Origin: the human T2T-CHM13v2.0 reference genome, Homo sapiens
Strand: one strand, 5' to 3'
Assembly: GCF_009914755.1 (NCBI RefSeq)
Contig: NC_060932.1
Length of the DNA stretch: 64,000 nt
Numbering within the stretch: the first letter of the stretch is position 1; every line of letters begins with the position of its first letter. Below the pieces are notes generated by a model. The model was not told the DNA's origin. It did not search any database and worked only from the letters and a program-made list of their open reading frames with translations. Position numbers and translations under genes: made by a program. Of the stretch, positions 16,867-29,782 are shown piece after piece.

Positions 16867-16904
16867 CTTTTTTTCTTTTTCTTTTCCCTCTTCTGTGTTG
16901 GATT

Positions 16905-17003
16905 TTCTGTTTATTATTATTATTATTATTATACTTTAAGTTCTAGGGTACATGTGCACAACGTGCAGGTTTGTTACATATGTATACATGTGCCATGTTG
17001 GTG
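16905..17003 (-). mobile_element. Young L1PA (PA3-PA6-like) 3' tip, about 100 bp
   Basis: (TTA)n tail plus tatactttaagttctagggtacatgtgcacaacgtgcaggtttgttacatatgtatacatgtgccatgttggtg. Confidence 0.93.
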
Positions 17004-18988
17004 CTTTCCTGGTATTTCTAACTTAGAAACTAAACCAAAGCTCAGTGACATGTAAGTATTGGGAGAAAGCCAATCAGATGATTACTGAAAGTGATTAGGG
17101 AGTAAACCTGTGTGCACAGAGCTAAACTGAGCCCTTCTTACTGAGAGGGGAGCATCAGGAACTGCCTTCCTTTGCGACGATGAAAGGCTGTCCCATCTAT
17201 AGGAGAAAAGGTTAGAGAAGAGTCAAGCTTTGTTGTTTAGTTATTGGGTGCCTTTAGATAAATCTCAATTTCTCCACAGAAATTTCTGTAATACTAAAGT
17301 GTCAAAATTTGCTGGAAAATTTTTTAAATGTTCAAAAAAATATTGTACAAATCTAAGACAGTGGTGCTAAAACAATACTAGTTAAAAATGGACTTTATTT
17401 TATTTGGTAAGAATGCCCATATTTACAAATAACTCCGTATAAATCCAGGTCTCTGAAAGCAATACAGTCTCTGAGAGGAGCTCGATTTGAGTGTTATATG
17501 TGTATATCTTTGCATTCTTGAGTCTGTGTTTTTTCATAAATTTCATTTTCTTTTACTGTTAAAATATAACTACTAATTAAATAAATAATTATTATTTACT
17601 AATGTGCAAGCACTATACAGTTCTTTGTATGGTGCATAAAAAATGATAAAACACTGTCTCAGTCCTCACAGAATTTACACTGCTCACATTATCTTGAAAA
17701 TATGCATTTTGAGATCAGACTGATTTGTGGATTTTATACGTGTGCTTCCTGAGATCATTGGGTGATGAACAAAATTGATCATGGCCTGAGTATCAACAAG
17801 ATTTTCAATGTAACAGCCTTCATCAGATAACATAATGTGTTTCTTAGAAAGGAAGTTCAAAAGGACCAATTCTGTTAGATTGCTGACCTTGACCTCCTGT
17901 GGCCAAAAATCCTGTTTCCCTATGTTTTGAAAGGAAACACGTTTGAGAAAAGCTCCCCATCCCAGATTTGGTGATTTTCCTTAAAGGCTGTTTGGAGAGA
18001 CAACAATGGAATTCTGGGAGAGATCTGACATCAGCAGGTTCATCTGATCTCTCTCAGGAGAGAGAAGTGTTTGTTTACTCTGCTCAGAGTGCTATATTCC
18101 TATGCATGTGCTATTATTAGAGTCCTTTGAAGTAGAAGAGTCATATGTCATAGACCTCTTTGTAATTAAAAACTGTAAGGCTGTTTTTCTGATATGTATG
18201 TAGAGTAGATGGAGAAGGAGAAACACTTGTTTGTTGAAAATGAATTCTGAGGAATTTGGGAGCAGAGCTTTGCAAGTTTGGGTTTTCTGTACAATGTCAC
18301 ATTTATTTATCTTACCTTTTCAAATGTTTTTGGAGAGATGGTACTAAAGAGAAAAACATGATTGGACCTTTGCATCTGGACCTCAAGAAATTTATAGGAA
18401 ATTGAGTGGTATCCAGAAACTGTGCTGGGCCGAAGTTAATTGGGAGTAATACTTGCCCTGAGTACATACATTGTGAATATCAAATGAAATAAGTCATATG
18501 AAATAGCTTCCAGACCATAGCTATTGAAAACTGAAACATTTGTTATTTATTTGGCTCAGCATAACTTAAAATTCAAAATTTAAGAAAATCACAATTTAAA
18601 AAAATGATATGCAATTTAATTATTGTTACTCTATAGCAATATACCCTAGAGTTTTTTACATGTGTATCTAATTTTTTAAGTGGCTGCATAGTATCCTCTT
18701 GTATGAAAGTAAAATACATATTCTGTGTTGATAGACATTTAAATAATTTTCTGTTTAACTATTTTGAAAAAGCCACAGTGGGTACCCAAGTTACACATAC
18801 TTTTATACATTCTCAAGCATTTCTTATTGATGGTAAAATGTGTGAAAAGAGAAGAAACGCACAAAAGATGATATGCTGTTGAAGATGTGGACTAATTATG
18901 TTTATATTTATTAAGGAATGAAATTTTGCATGAGGCAATTAAGACAATAGAGTGTAAGAGTAAAGCCATTTAAAAATTGTAAAAAACG

Positions 18989-19294
18989 GGCCGGGCACGG
19001 TGGCTCACGCCTGTAATCCCAGCACTTTGGGAGGCTGAGGTGGGTGGATCACTTGAGGTCAGGAGTTTGAGACCAACCTGGCAACATGGTGAAACCGCAT
19101 CTCTCCAAAAAACAAAAATTAGCTGGGCGTGGTGGCACGTGCCTGTAATCCCAGCTACTCAGGAGGCTGAGGCAGGAGAATCACTTGAACTCGGGAGTCG
19201 GAGGTTACAGTGAACCGAGATCGCACCATTACACTTCAGCCTGGGCAACAGAGTGAGACTTCGTCTCAAAAACAACAACAACAACAGCAACAAC
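18989..19294 (+). mobile_element. AluS (Sz/Sx-like)
   Basis: Full dimer, (CAA)n tail, TSD AAATTGTAAAAAAC (18974-18987 / 19295-19308). Confidence 0.96.
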
Positions 19295-19598
19295 AAATTG
19301 TAAAAAACAAGCCGTCTTGGCTCCTGCCTCCAGGAAGATGCAATAGATATACTTTTCTCTATTCCTCTTGCTAACTACAGCTAAAAACTGTGGGCATTAC
19401 ACAAAAAGTAAATATCAGAAGACTTTAAAAGATGAGAAACAAAAAGGACTGGCTAGGGATCATGGGACCTGGGTTTTTGTGTTGCCTCAGGTATTCTAGA
19501 TTGGGTATTCGAGAAACGTAATGTGGAAATGCCAAAGGATTTAGACTAAAAAAGCCCAAAGGTGAATCTGTTTCCCAAATGACCAAGAAAAGTGTACT

Positions 19599-19997
19599 TG
19601 CTATGGTTTAAATGATGGCATCTCCTGCAAAATTTATACTGCAACTTAATTTTCAGTTCAACAATATTAAGAGGTATGGTCTTTGGGAGGTGACTAAGTC
19701 ATGAAGGCTTTTCCCTCGTGAATGAGATTAGCACCCTTATCAAAGGGCTGTAGGTTGAAAGAAGTGCTCTCTTGCCCTTTCTGTCCCTTCCAGCATGTGA
19801 AGACACAGTGTTTCTCTCCTCCAGAGAATGCAGCTACAAGATGCTATCTTGGAAGCAGAGAGCAGCCGTTACCAAACACTAAATACCAATGCCTTAATCT
19901 TGGACTTCCCAGCTTCCATAACCAAAATAAATAAATATCTATTGTTTATAAATTACCTGGCCTGTGATATTTTGTTATAGCAGGACAGACTAAGACA
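19599..19997 (+). mobile_element. MaLR solo LTR (MST-like)
   Basis: tgctatggttt...gactaagaca termini, internal ggacttcccagcttcca and aataaa. Confidence 0.85.
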
Positions 19998-20389
19998 CCA
20001 ATCTAATGAGACAACTTTTAGATAATATCTGCTCTATTCCATCAAAATATCACAGAAGCTGACAATATCCCAAATTTGGCAAGAGACATAAACCTGTAGA
20101 TTCAAGGAGCTGCGGAAACCACAATAGGATAAACTCAAATATTTCTGTGTCAAGACACTTCATAACCAAACTTCTAAAAACCAAAGACCAAGAAAAAAGC
20201 CTTGAAAGCAGCAAGCGAGAGATTACTTGTAACAATTCAAGTGATAGTGGAGTTTTCATCAGAGACAGTGGAGGCTGAAGACAAAGTGGCACATTTTTCA
20301 AGTGCCTAAAGAAAAGAACAATTAACCCAGAATTCTATATTCAGAGAAAATATCTTCCAGGAATGAAGGGAAAATCAAGACCTTCTTAG

Positions 20390-20903
20390 TGAGTCAGGCT
20401 GAATAGTTACTCTCCTCCAAATGCTCATGCCCTAATCCATAGAATTTGAGAACATATCACCTTCCATGGCAAAAGGACTTTTCAGATGTGATTTGGTTCA
20501 AGATCTTGAGGTGGAGAAGTTATTCTGGACTATCTGGGTGGGTCCAATGTAATCACAGGGTCATTATAAGAGGAAGGCAGGAAGGTCAGTGTCAGAGAAA
20601 AGAAAATGATGATAGAAACAGAGGGGAGGTAGAGAGTGGAGAGAGAGAGTTTGTGACAGATTTGAAGATGCTACCTGTTGGCTTTGAAGAAGAAAGGGCC
20701 ACAAGACAAAGAATGTAGAAAAGGAAAGAAACAGATCCTCCCTAGAACCTCCAGAAGGAACTAGAACTGCTGACACCTTAACTTTAGTCCAGTGAGACTC
20801 ATTTTGGACTTCTGACCTATATAACGGTGAGATAATACATTTGTCTTGTTTTAAGCTACTTAGTTTGTGGTAATTTCTTACAGTAACAACAGGAAACTAA
20901 TAT
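20390..20903 (+). mobile_element. MaLR solo LTR (MLT1D-like)
   Basis: catggcaaaaggacttttcagatgtgatt...tggactatctgggtgggtccaatgtaatcaca...ggaaactaatata. Confidence 0.85.
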
Positions 20904-21535
20904 ACTCAGATAAAGAAAAACTAAGAGAGGTATGTTACCAGCAGACATGCCTTAAAGAAATGGTTAAAGAGATTCTCGAAATAGAAAAGAAATTACATTT
21001 AAAAAAAGAATCTTGGAACATTGGGTATAAAGAAAGAACATGGCAAGCAAAAATAGAGGTACATGCAATAGGTTTTCCTTCTCTTGACTTTTCTAAATTA
21101 TGTTTGACAGTTGAAGCAAAAATACAACACCATCTAAGTGGTTCTCAATGTATGCATAGGGAATATTTAAGAAAATTATATTATAAATGGAAGAGAGTAA
21201 AAAATGTAACAGTAGATAAAGTTTCTGCCTTCATCTGAACTGCTAAATTGTCAACACCCATTGTATTGTATACATATAATGGAATACCTAGAGTAACCAC
21301 TTAAAAAGCTATACAAAGCAATACGCCCCAAACACATAGAGAAATCAAGTCAGAATTCTTTAAAATCTTCAAATAATACACAGGATAGCAAGAAGAAGAT
21401 ATAAACTGAAAAATAAGCAGGAAACAGAAAATGAAATAACATATTTCAGCCTTAACATATCAATATTTGCAAGGAACTGTCCACAAGAAACTAATTTCAA
21501 ATATAATAATAAAAGGAGGTTGAACGTAAAAGGAT

Positions 21536-22093
21536 GGTATGACATTTCATTTTATAGGTCAGCTTGACTGGGTCAGATGGTGTCTGGATATTTGGCCAAT
21601 CAATATTCTGGGTGTGTCTGTGAGGGTGTTTCTGGATGAGATTCACCTTTGAATCAGTAGACTGAGTAAAATAGATTTACTCTACCTTCCCTAATGTGGG
21701 TGGGCCTTATCCAATCATTTAAAGACCCCAATAGAACAAAAAGGCTGTGTAAGAGGGAACGCCTTCTCCCTGACTGAGCTGGGACATTGGTCCTTCTGGC
21801 CTTTATCTTTAGGTTGAAACATTGGGTCTCAAGCCTAATGGCTTTCAGACTGGAGCTTACACCCTTAGCTCTCCTGGTTTTCAGGCCTGTAGACTTGGAC
21901 TGGAAGTATATATCAGCTCTCCTGGGTCTTCAGCTTGCTAGCTGAAGATCTTTCAGGACAATGTAGAACTTGTTAGCCTCCATTATTGCATATCTTTCTA
22001 TATCTATATCTATATCTATATCATCTATATCTATATCTAAATAGATCTATCTCCTAGATATATAGATATACCACCTGTTAGTTGTGTTTCTCT
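21536..22093 (+). mobile_element. ERVL solo LTR (MLT2-like) with internal (TATC)n
   Basis: gtcagcttgactggg...gggtgtgtctgtgagggtgtttctggatgagatt...tctctggagaactctgactaata. Confidence 0.85.
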
Positions 22094-23952
22094 GGAGAAC
22101 TCTGACTAATATAAATGGGAAAATATTAATATATACTATGTAAACAATTGAAAGTGCAAATAATTGATAGAACACTTGATAGAAAATCAGCAAGGATACA
22201 GGAGAACTTAGTAACATTATCATCCAACAGAATTTAGTGGACTTTTACAAATTATTCCACACAATAAGAGCAAAATACCCATCCTTTTTTCAACTGCCCA
22301 TGGGCTATTTACCAGTATAGACCATACGCTGGGGATAAAATAAGCTTCAATAAATTTTTAAAAATGGAAATTATTCAGAGTATATTCTCTGACTTACAAA
22401 GGTTTCAAACTAGAAATCAATATTGGAAATATAATAGGAAAAATCTCCAAACACTTGGAAACTGAACAAGACATTTGTAAATAATTCATAGGTCAAAGAG
22501 AAAGTTTCAAGGGAAATTTAACAAATATATTAAACTGAATTAAAATGAAAATACACATATAAAACTCTGTGGGACACAACTAAAGCAATACTAGGAAATA
22601 ACTTCATAGCATTAACACTTACATTAGAAAACCAGAAAAATCTCAAATCAATAATCTAAGCTCCCATCTCAAAAACCTAGAAAAAGAAGAGTACAAACCC
22701 AAAGTAAGGAGAAGGCATGAAGCTATAAATGTTAAATAGAAAATTAATAAAATTAAAATTGAAAACAGAAAATTAATGGAGAAAGGCAATGGAAAAAAAA
22801 GTTGGTCCTTTGCAAAGATCAATAATACTGGGAAAAGTCTATCATGACAAAGAGAAGACACAACTTACTAATATCAGGAATGAGACAGGAGATAGCACTA
22901 TCAACTCTGCAGACATCAACAGAGTTAACAAATCAAGACTATGAATACCTGTACATACATAAATTTGACAACAAGACTGTGTGTGGTGTTGGCAGAGGGA
23001 TAGACATAATGATCAATAGATCATTCTCAATAGAGATACACCCATCCAATTTATGAGAGGTGCAAAAGCCATTCAGTGAAGGAAAGAACATCTTTTCAAT
23101 AAATGCTGCTGGTGTAACTGGTTATCCATAGGCAAAAAAAAAATGAACCTCAATTTCAACTTCATTCCTTAAACAAAAATAAGCTAAAATGAATTATGGA
23201 TTTAATGTAAAATCTATGAATCAAATATAGATAAAATGTAAAGGTGTAAAACTGACAAGTTAACATAAGAGAATATCTTTGGGATCTAATGCTTGTGAAG
23301 AGTTCTTGGACATGATACTGAAGGCATAAATCATAAAAGAAAAATCAATAAGTTGGACTTTATTAAAGTTAAAAACCTTAGCTCTGCAAAAGACCCTGTT
23401 AAGAGGATGAGGAACAACCTACAGGGTGGGAGAAAGTATTTCACACCACATATAAAATAAAGGATTCATAACTAGAATTTATAAATAAACCTCAAAACTG
23501 AACAGTAAAAAACAATCTGATTAGAAAACGGGTCAAAGATCTTGAGACATTTCATCAAAGATATACAGAGATTGCAAATAAGCACATGGTGTTCAGCATT
23601 ACTAGCTATCAAGGATATTACTACACATCTATTAGAATGCCTAAAATTTAAAAAAATAGTGAAATTATCAAATCCTGGCAAAGGTGTATAAAAACTTCCT
23701 CTCTCACACATGGCTGGTGGGAGTGAAAAATGGTACTAACCACTAGAAAATAACATGGTAGTATTGGTATTATTATTATTTTTAAACTAGACATACACTA
23801 CCTCATGACCCAGCAATTCCACGGCTGTGTATCTATCCCAGAGAAATGAAAATGTGTGTTCACACAAAAACCTGTATGCAATTATTGATAGTGGCTTTGC
23901 TGGTAATAGCCAAAAACTAGAATCCACCAAAATATCCCTCATTAGGTACATG

Positions 23953-24077
23953 GGACCGGATGTGATGGCTCAATCCTATAATCCCAGCACTGTGGGAGGG
24001 TAAGGCGAGAGGATAGCTTGAGCCCAGTAGTTCAAGACCAGCCTGGGGGAGACCTCATCTCTAAACAAACAAACAAA
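23953..24077 (+). mobile_element. FLAM monomer
   Basis: Left-arm monomer ending in a (CAAA)n tail. Confidence 0.8.
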
Positions 24078-24692
24078 TGTAAGGTAAATTGTTAAACAAA
24101 CTGGTGTATCCATACCACATAATAACTACCCAGGAATAAAAAGAATGACCTGTTGATGCATGAATCAAGTTGGATGGATCTCAAGGGCATTACGCTGACT
24201 GAATAAAGCCAGTCTCTACAGATCACGTACTGTGTGATTGTATTTATATATCATTATGGAAATGACAAAACCATAGACATAGAAAACAGATTCATGGTTG
24301 CCAGGAGTTAGGGGTGGTGGAGTGGGGCGGAATGTGGGCGTAACTAAACGGGGTAGTGTGGGGAAAATCTTTGCATTGATGTACTTATTATGTCTCTTTA
24401 TTGTGGTAGTGGTTACCCAAATCAAAATATGTAGATGTGTTTCTTTGGGAACTAGGAACAGAAATGGGCTAGATACTCAGAATGGCAAGGAGAATTTTTT
24501 AGGAATCTTATCTATTTTTTTTCTCATCAAAGATATTAATTTGACCAACAAGTATTTATTAAATGCCAGTTACCGAAATAGCTGATGGAATACAGAGATA
24601 ATTAAAATATGTTCTTTGCCTTCAAATGGCTGACAATCTAGTACATGTGTAATCTCCGGTGCAATGTGATAGATGGATATTAACAAAACTAT

Positions 24693-25158
24693 TGTTGGAG
24701 GGCTCAGGTGGGTCTCCTGATGCCAGTGAGACCCCACCCCTAGCTGATGTGAGAAAGAATTCAGGGACGAGTCAGAATGAAGTGCAGGGCAAGAAGCCTC
24801 CATTGCTAAGTGAAAGCACACCCTTACAGAAGAAGTGTGTGTGTGCTCGTGAGAATGACTTGTGCACAATGGAGTTTGGGTTTCTAATTTATGGGTGTTT
24901 AACTAATGGGTGGAATAATCATTAGGTATTCTGGAAAAGGAGGGGATTGCAGGGAGCTGCCTGGTTATCATCCCCTTTCTCCCTTGTTTGGGTTTGTCTG
25001 GAAGAGTCATGAACATGTCACCCTGACTGGCGTTTTGGCCATTTTCTCCCTTATTTTGGGTTTTCTGTTATCCTGTGATTTCTTTGCCTAGTTCCTGTTT
25101 TTGCTGTTGTTTGGGTTTTTCCATCCTCCTGCGACCACCCAGTGCTATTCCTATCTCA
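24693..25158 (-). mobile_element. ERV solo LTR (ERV1-class, family uncertain)
   Basis: TG...CA termini (tgttggag...cctatctca), about 465 bp, gaaagaattcagggacgagtc motif typical of ERV1 LTRs. Confidence 0.65.
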
Positions 25159-25995
25159 AAAACTGGCGAGAATGAGGCATTGAAAAGGTGTTGCTATTTC
25201 TGATCTGGGAGGAACCTGCAGAGCCTGCTGCTGTGAGGATGAGGAAGTTGTCTCAGTTTGGCACAAATGCCTCCATCCTCTTATCTGTTGTCCACCACTG
25301 ATTTATCACGTCCCTTTCTCTGTGCACATGGTCTTGACCTCAGAATCCTTCTGAAACACATTCTAGGCAGCCAGTACCAAGCAAGCAGAGTGGCTTCTTG
25401 ACATAGAAGAAAAGTTTCAGTTGAGTAATCTTAGATTGTAATAATCACTCCCCCTACGAGCTTTAAGGTTAACACTCAGGGTGAGCAATCTCCAAATTAA
25501 CAGCCTTCAACATGTGGTCTGTGTTTTTTTCATGTTTGTGATTCTATTTAGATGTAAGGTGTTTAAAACATTTTAAATTTTATTGGTTGTAAATATCATG
25601 AACTATTTTATGGATAACAATAAAATTGTATGACATACAGACCTTCTCACGATTTCTAAATGTGGAATTACACATAGGCAACCACAAGCTGTCATGAGAG
25701 TTTTTTAACCATCTTGGTACTCTCACTTCAGTGATGCTTTAAACACACAGGACTCCTTTGCATGCAGCTCACTCCTTGTTCTCAAGTCCTGCAGGATTCC
25801 CAGCCTTCATGGCCTCCTTACAAGTCTCAGCCCTGCTCCAGTCTCCAAGACCAATCCTGATTTCTGCCGAAGGCATTTAGGCAACTTTAGCATATGCTGA
25901 GCCTCAGTATCTGGTCACCTGCAGCTTTTATCTGAGATTTTACAACCAAGCTTCTACTTAGATCCTATTTGAAATTGAAACTCAGAATTAGATAT

Positions 25996-26360
25996 TGCTA
26001 TTAAAGAGTTAATATTTGTATCCTCCAAAATCCGTATGTTGAAACCTGATCCCTAATGTGATGATATTTAGAGGTAGAGCTTTGAAAGGTGGTTACATCC
26101 TGAGGGTGAGGTCCTCATGAAAGGGATTAGTGCCCTTATGAAAGAGGTCCCAGGGAAATCTCTTTCCCTTTTTTGTCAGGACACAGAGAAAAGCAAACAA
26201 AAAGACAGCAGTGTATGAAGCAGTTTCCCACCAGACACTGAACCTACTGATGCCTTGATCTTGGACTTTCCAGCCTCCAGGATGATGAGAAATAAATTTC
26301 TGCTGTTTATAAGCCATCCCATCTATGGTATTCTGTTAGCAGCCTGAACAGATTAAGTCA
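25996..26360 (+). mobile_element. MaLR solo LTR (MLT1A-like)
   Basis: gtatgttgaaacctgatccctaatgtgatg...gggattagtgcccttat...ttggactttccagcctccag...aataaatttctg. Confidence 0.88.
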
Positions 26361-26504
26361 AGTATACCGGGCCTGGCCCCTAAATCTCTTTTTATAAGCT
26401 TTAAGTAAACTAGGAATACAAGAAAATGACATTGGAAGAAAAGAAACACATTTATCAGTTGTAGATGACATGACAATATACCTAAAAATATAATAAATTC
26501 AACA

Positions 26505-26815
26505 GGACAGGTGAGGTACCTCACGTCTGTAATCCCAGCACTTTGGGAGGCCGAGTCAGGCAGGTCACTTGAGCTGAGAAGTTTGAGACCAGCCTGGCCA
26601 ACATGGCAAAACCCTGTCTCTACTAAAAATACAAAAATTAGCCGGATGCGATGACAAGTGCCTGTAGTCCCAGCTACTTGGGAGGCTGAGGCAGGAGAAT
26701 CACTTGAACTTGGGAGGTGCAGATTGTTGTAAGCTGAGATCAAAGCCACTGCACTCCAGCCTGGGCGACAGAGCGGGACTCCGTCTCAACAATAACAACA
26801 ACCACAACAACAACA
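26505..26815 (+). mobile_element. AluS
   Basis: Full dimer with (CAA)n tail, within an L1ME remnant. Confidence 0.93.
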
Positions 26816-27365
26816 AATTTACAGACTGTTAGACTATTAAATTTTTAAAAATGGCTTTATATAAGATGGAATACAGAAAAAAGTATTACTTTCTTTTACT
26901 AGCATTGAACAATTAGAAATTAAAATGGGAAAAATCACATTCAAGATAATGTCAAATTAGTTTGTAAAGCATCTAAGAATAACTTAATAAGAGCACTATA
27001 TATATTTTTATTAAAGGACATAAAATAGGACTAAAATAAATGAGACATAGTAATAATTCCTCACGGGAGGAAGACTAAATGACATACAGATGCTGTTCCT
27101 TCCCAAGTAAATTTACAAAGATAATGCAAATCTGATTAGGATCCCAGTGAATTGTTTTGGGAAATAGACAAGTTGGTTTTAAAATTTGTTTGTAACAATG
27201 AAGTTAGCATTTGAAAAGAAGAATCAGAAGGGGAAATTTGCTCCCTAAGATAACACATAATTACTTAGATAAAAATGGTTGGGTAATGGTATAGAGATAG
27301 AGAAATAGATCAGTGGTACATAAGACAGAATGTAGAAACAGACACATTGATATATGTGGGTTTAT

Positions 27366-27961
27366 GTAGTGAATCTTATAATTTTATGTTGCCTGAACAT
27401 GCATTTTGAACATTTAACTTTCTCTTATCAGTAGCAGAGTTAGTCTGTCTTGACAGTCTCCAGTTTTATGCTCCCCCCACTCCCACACCCAGTTGCTCAG
27501 TGTTGTTGATTCAGCTATCTGCCTTATATAACTGCCTCCTGGTAACCCCCTCCCTATGGGACAGCTGGATACAACTTACCTGACTGGCCCTGCTGATCCC
27601 CATATCCTACATGGACAGTGCAGATGTGCTACAGTGACCACCTCTCAGTCACGGTGTGACCTGGAATTTGTGCCTGCTGCTTTGAACCTACTAACTAAAA
27701 CTCCTCTTGGGAAATCTGTTTGAATAATGTCCTGGACTCCAATAAAGGGACTGGCCCACGGATCCCTCTCCCAACACACTCCCTGACCTGTGTGTGTGTG
27801 TGTGTGTATGCAATGTGTGTGTGTGTGGCCTCCAGGCATGCTGTGCACCCCATGAACCTGTAAGTAGTCAAATATTTATTTCCATCTTATATCTCATCTA
27901 TCTAATCATTGAAGGAGTGGTCTCCATCCAAAAAAAAAAGAGAAGATTCTAAGTAAAAACA
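27366..27961 (+). mobile_element. ERV solo LTR (LTR47-like, tentative)
   Basis: Starts tgtagtgaatcttataattttatgttgcc; internal AATAAA near 27741 and (TG)n; interrupts an L1ME remnant. Confidence 0.6.
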
Positions 27962-28142
27962 GTTTAATATTACGATAATGACAGTATTTTGAAAAAACAA
28001 ACTTACTCTCACATTGCATGATGTAAATATAAATTGTAGGTGAATTAAACTTCTAAATGTAGAGAAAAAACATTGCTAGGTTAACTATGCTGCAATATCA
28101 AAAATATCTTAAGATCACAGTAGCTTAACATAGGAAAGTTTC

Positions 28143-28444
<302 letters not shown>

Positions 28445-29043
28445 GGAAACTTTCTTGATTATGTGAAGTCTGAAGTGAGCCTGGAGATTCTTCCAAGGAA
28501 GCTTCCTTCCATGTGGTGACTCAGGGATTAAGGCTGCTTCCATTTTGTTCCCACAAAATTTGAACCATTTGGTTTCAAGGTGTACTGCTGAAATGGAAGA
28601 GAAATCTGAAGGTTCACACAGGGGTCTTCACGATCGGGGTGAAAATGACATAGAACTGTCTATGTCACCTCTGCTAACATCTCATTGGCTAGAATGAGTC
28701 ACATCCATGTAACTTAATTCCGAAAAAGGTTGGAATATGGTAACATACATGGATATTAAGTCAGCATTAAATATCTCAATCGTAAAAAGTATAATTATCA
28801 AGAATAGATATACATTTTTATAAACTTGGGGTTGAGGAAGCTTCCTTAGGATTATTTAGAAAAGAAAAAGCAATAAAGGAAAAACTAAATTTAACAATAG
28901 AAAAGCTTAAAATAATTAAACAGTGAAGGATGCCAAAAACAAAGTTAAAAGGCAAGCAACAGATTGAGAGAATATATTTGCCACACATACGAATTACAAA
29001 TGTTAAAATTTCTAAAGTGCAGAGTTTCTATAAAGAAAAAATA

Positions 29044-29358
<315 letters not shown>

Positions 29359-29782
29359 TTATATAGATGGTCAGTGATATAAATAATATATATATTATAT
29401 GAGGCAGTCCATTGTAGTATTGTGGTAATGGCATAAAATTGAACACAATTTAATTTTCAATAAGAGTCTGACTAAATCACTTACAGTATGGCTATACAAC
29501 AGAATATCACGTAGTCATTAAAAAAGAACAATGTGGATCTCTATACACTGACATGAACAAATATTCTTGATGTATAAGTGAAAAAAATGAGATGTAGATC
29601 ACTACGGACAATGGTGATTGTAATTTGGGAAAAAAATTAATGATATATAAATAAATAGATAAATAATATAAAACAATAAAAGTATTAAAATATGACAAAA
29701 TAGGGAAGGATATGGATAAAACTTTACATTGTTAATCGCTAAAAAGTAGGAAGGCATTCACTTTGTAATTCATAGAATTTTC

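Larger units (their letters stand above)
19320..24425 (+). mobile_element. Old L1M (MC/MD-type) remnant spanning 5' region, ORF1, ORF2 pieces and 3' end
   Basis: ORF1-like 20050-20390 and 20905-21040, ORF2-like 22140-23900 (gacccagcaattcc), L1MC-type 3' UTR; interrupted by three LTRs and a FLAM. Confidence 0.75.
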
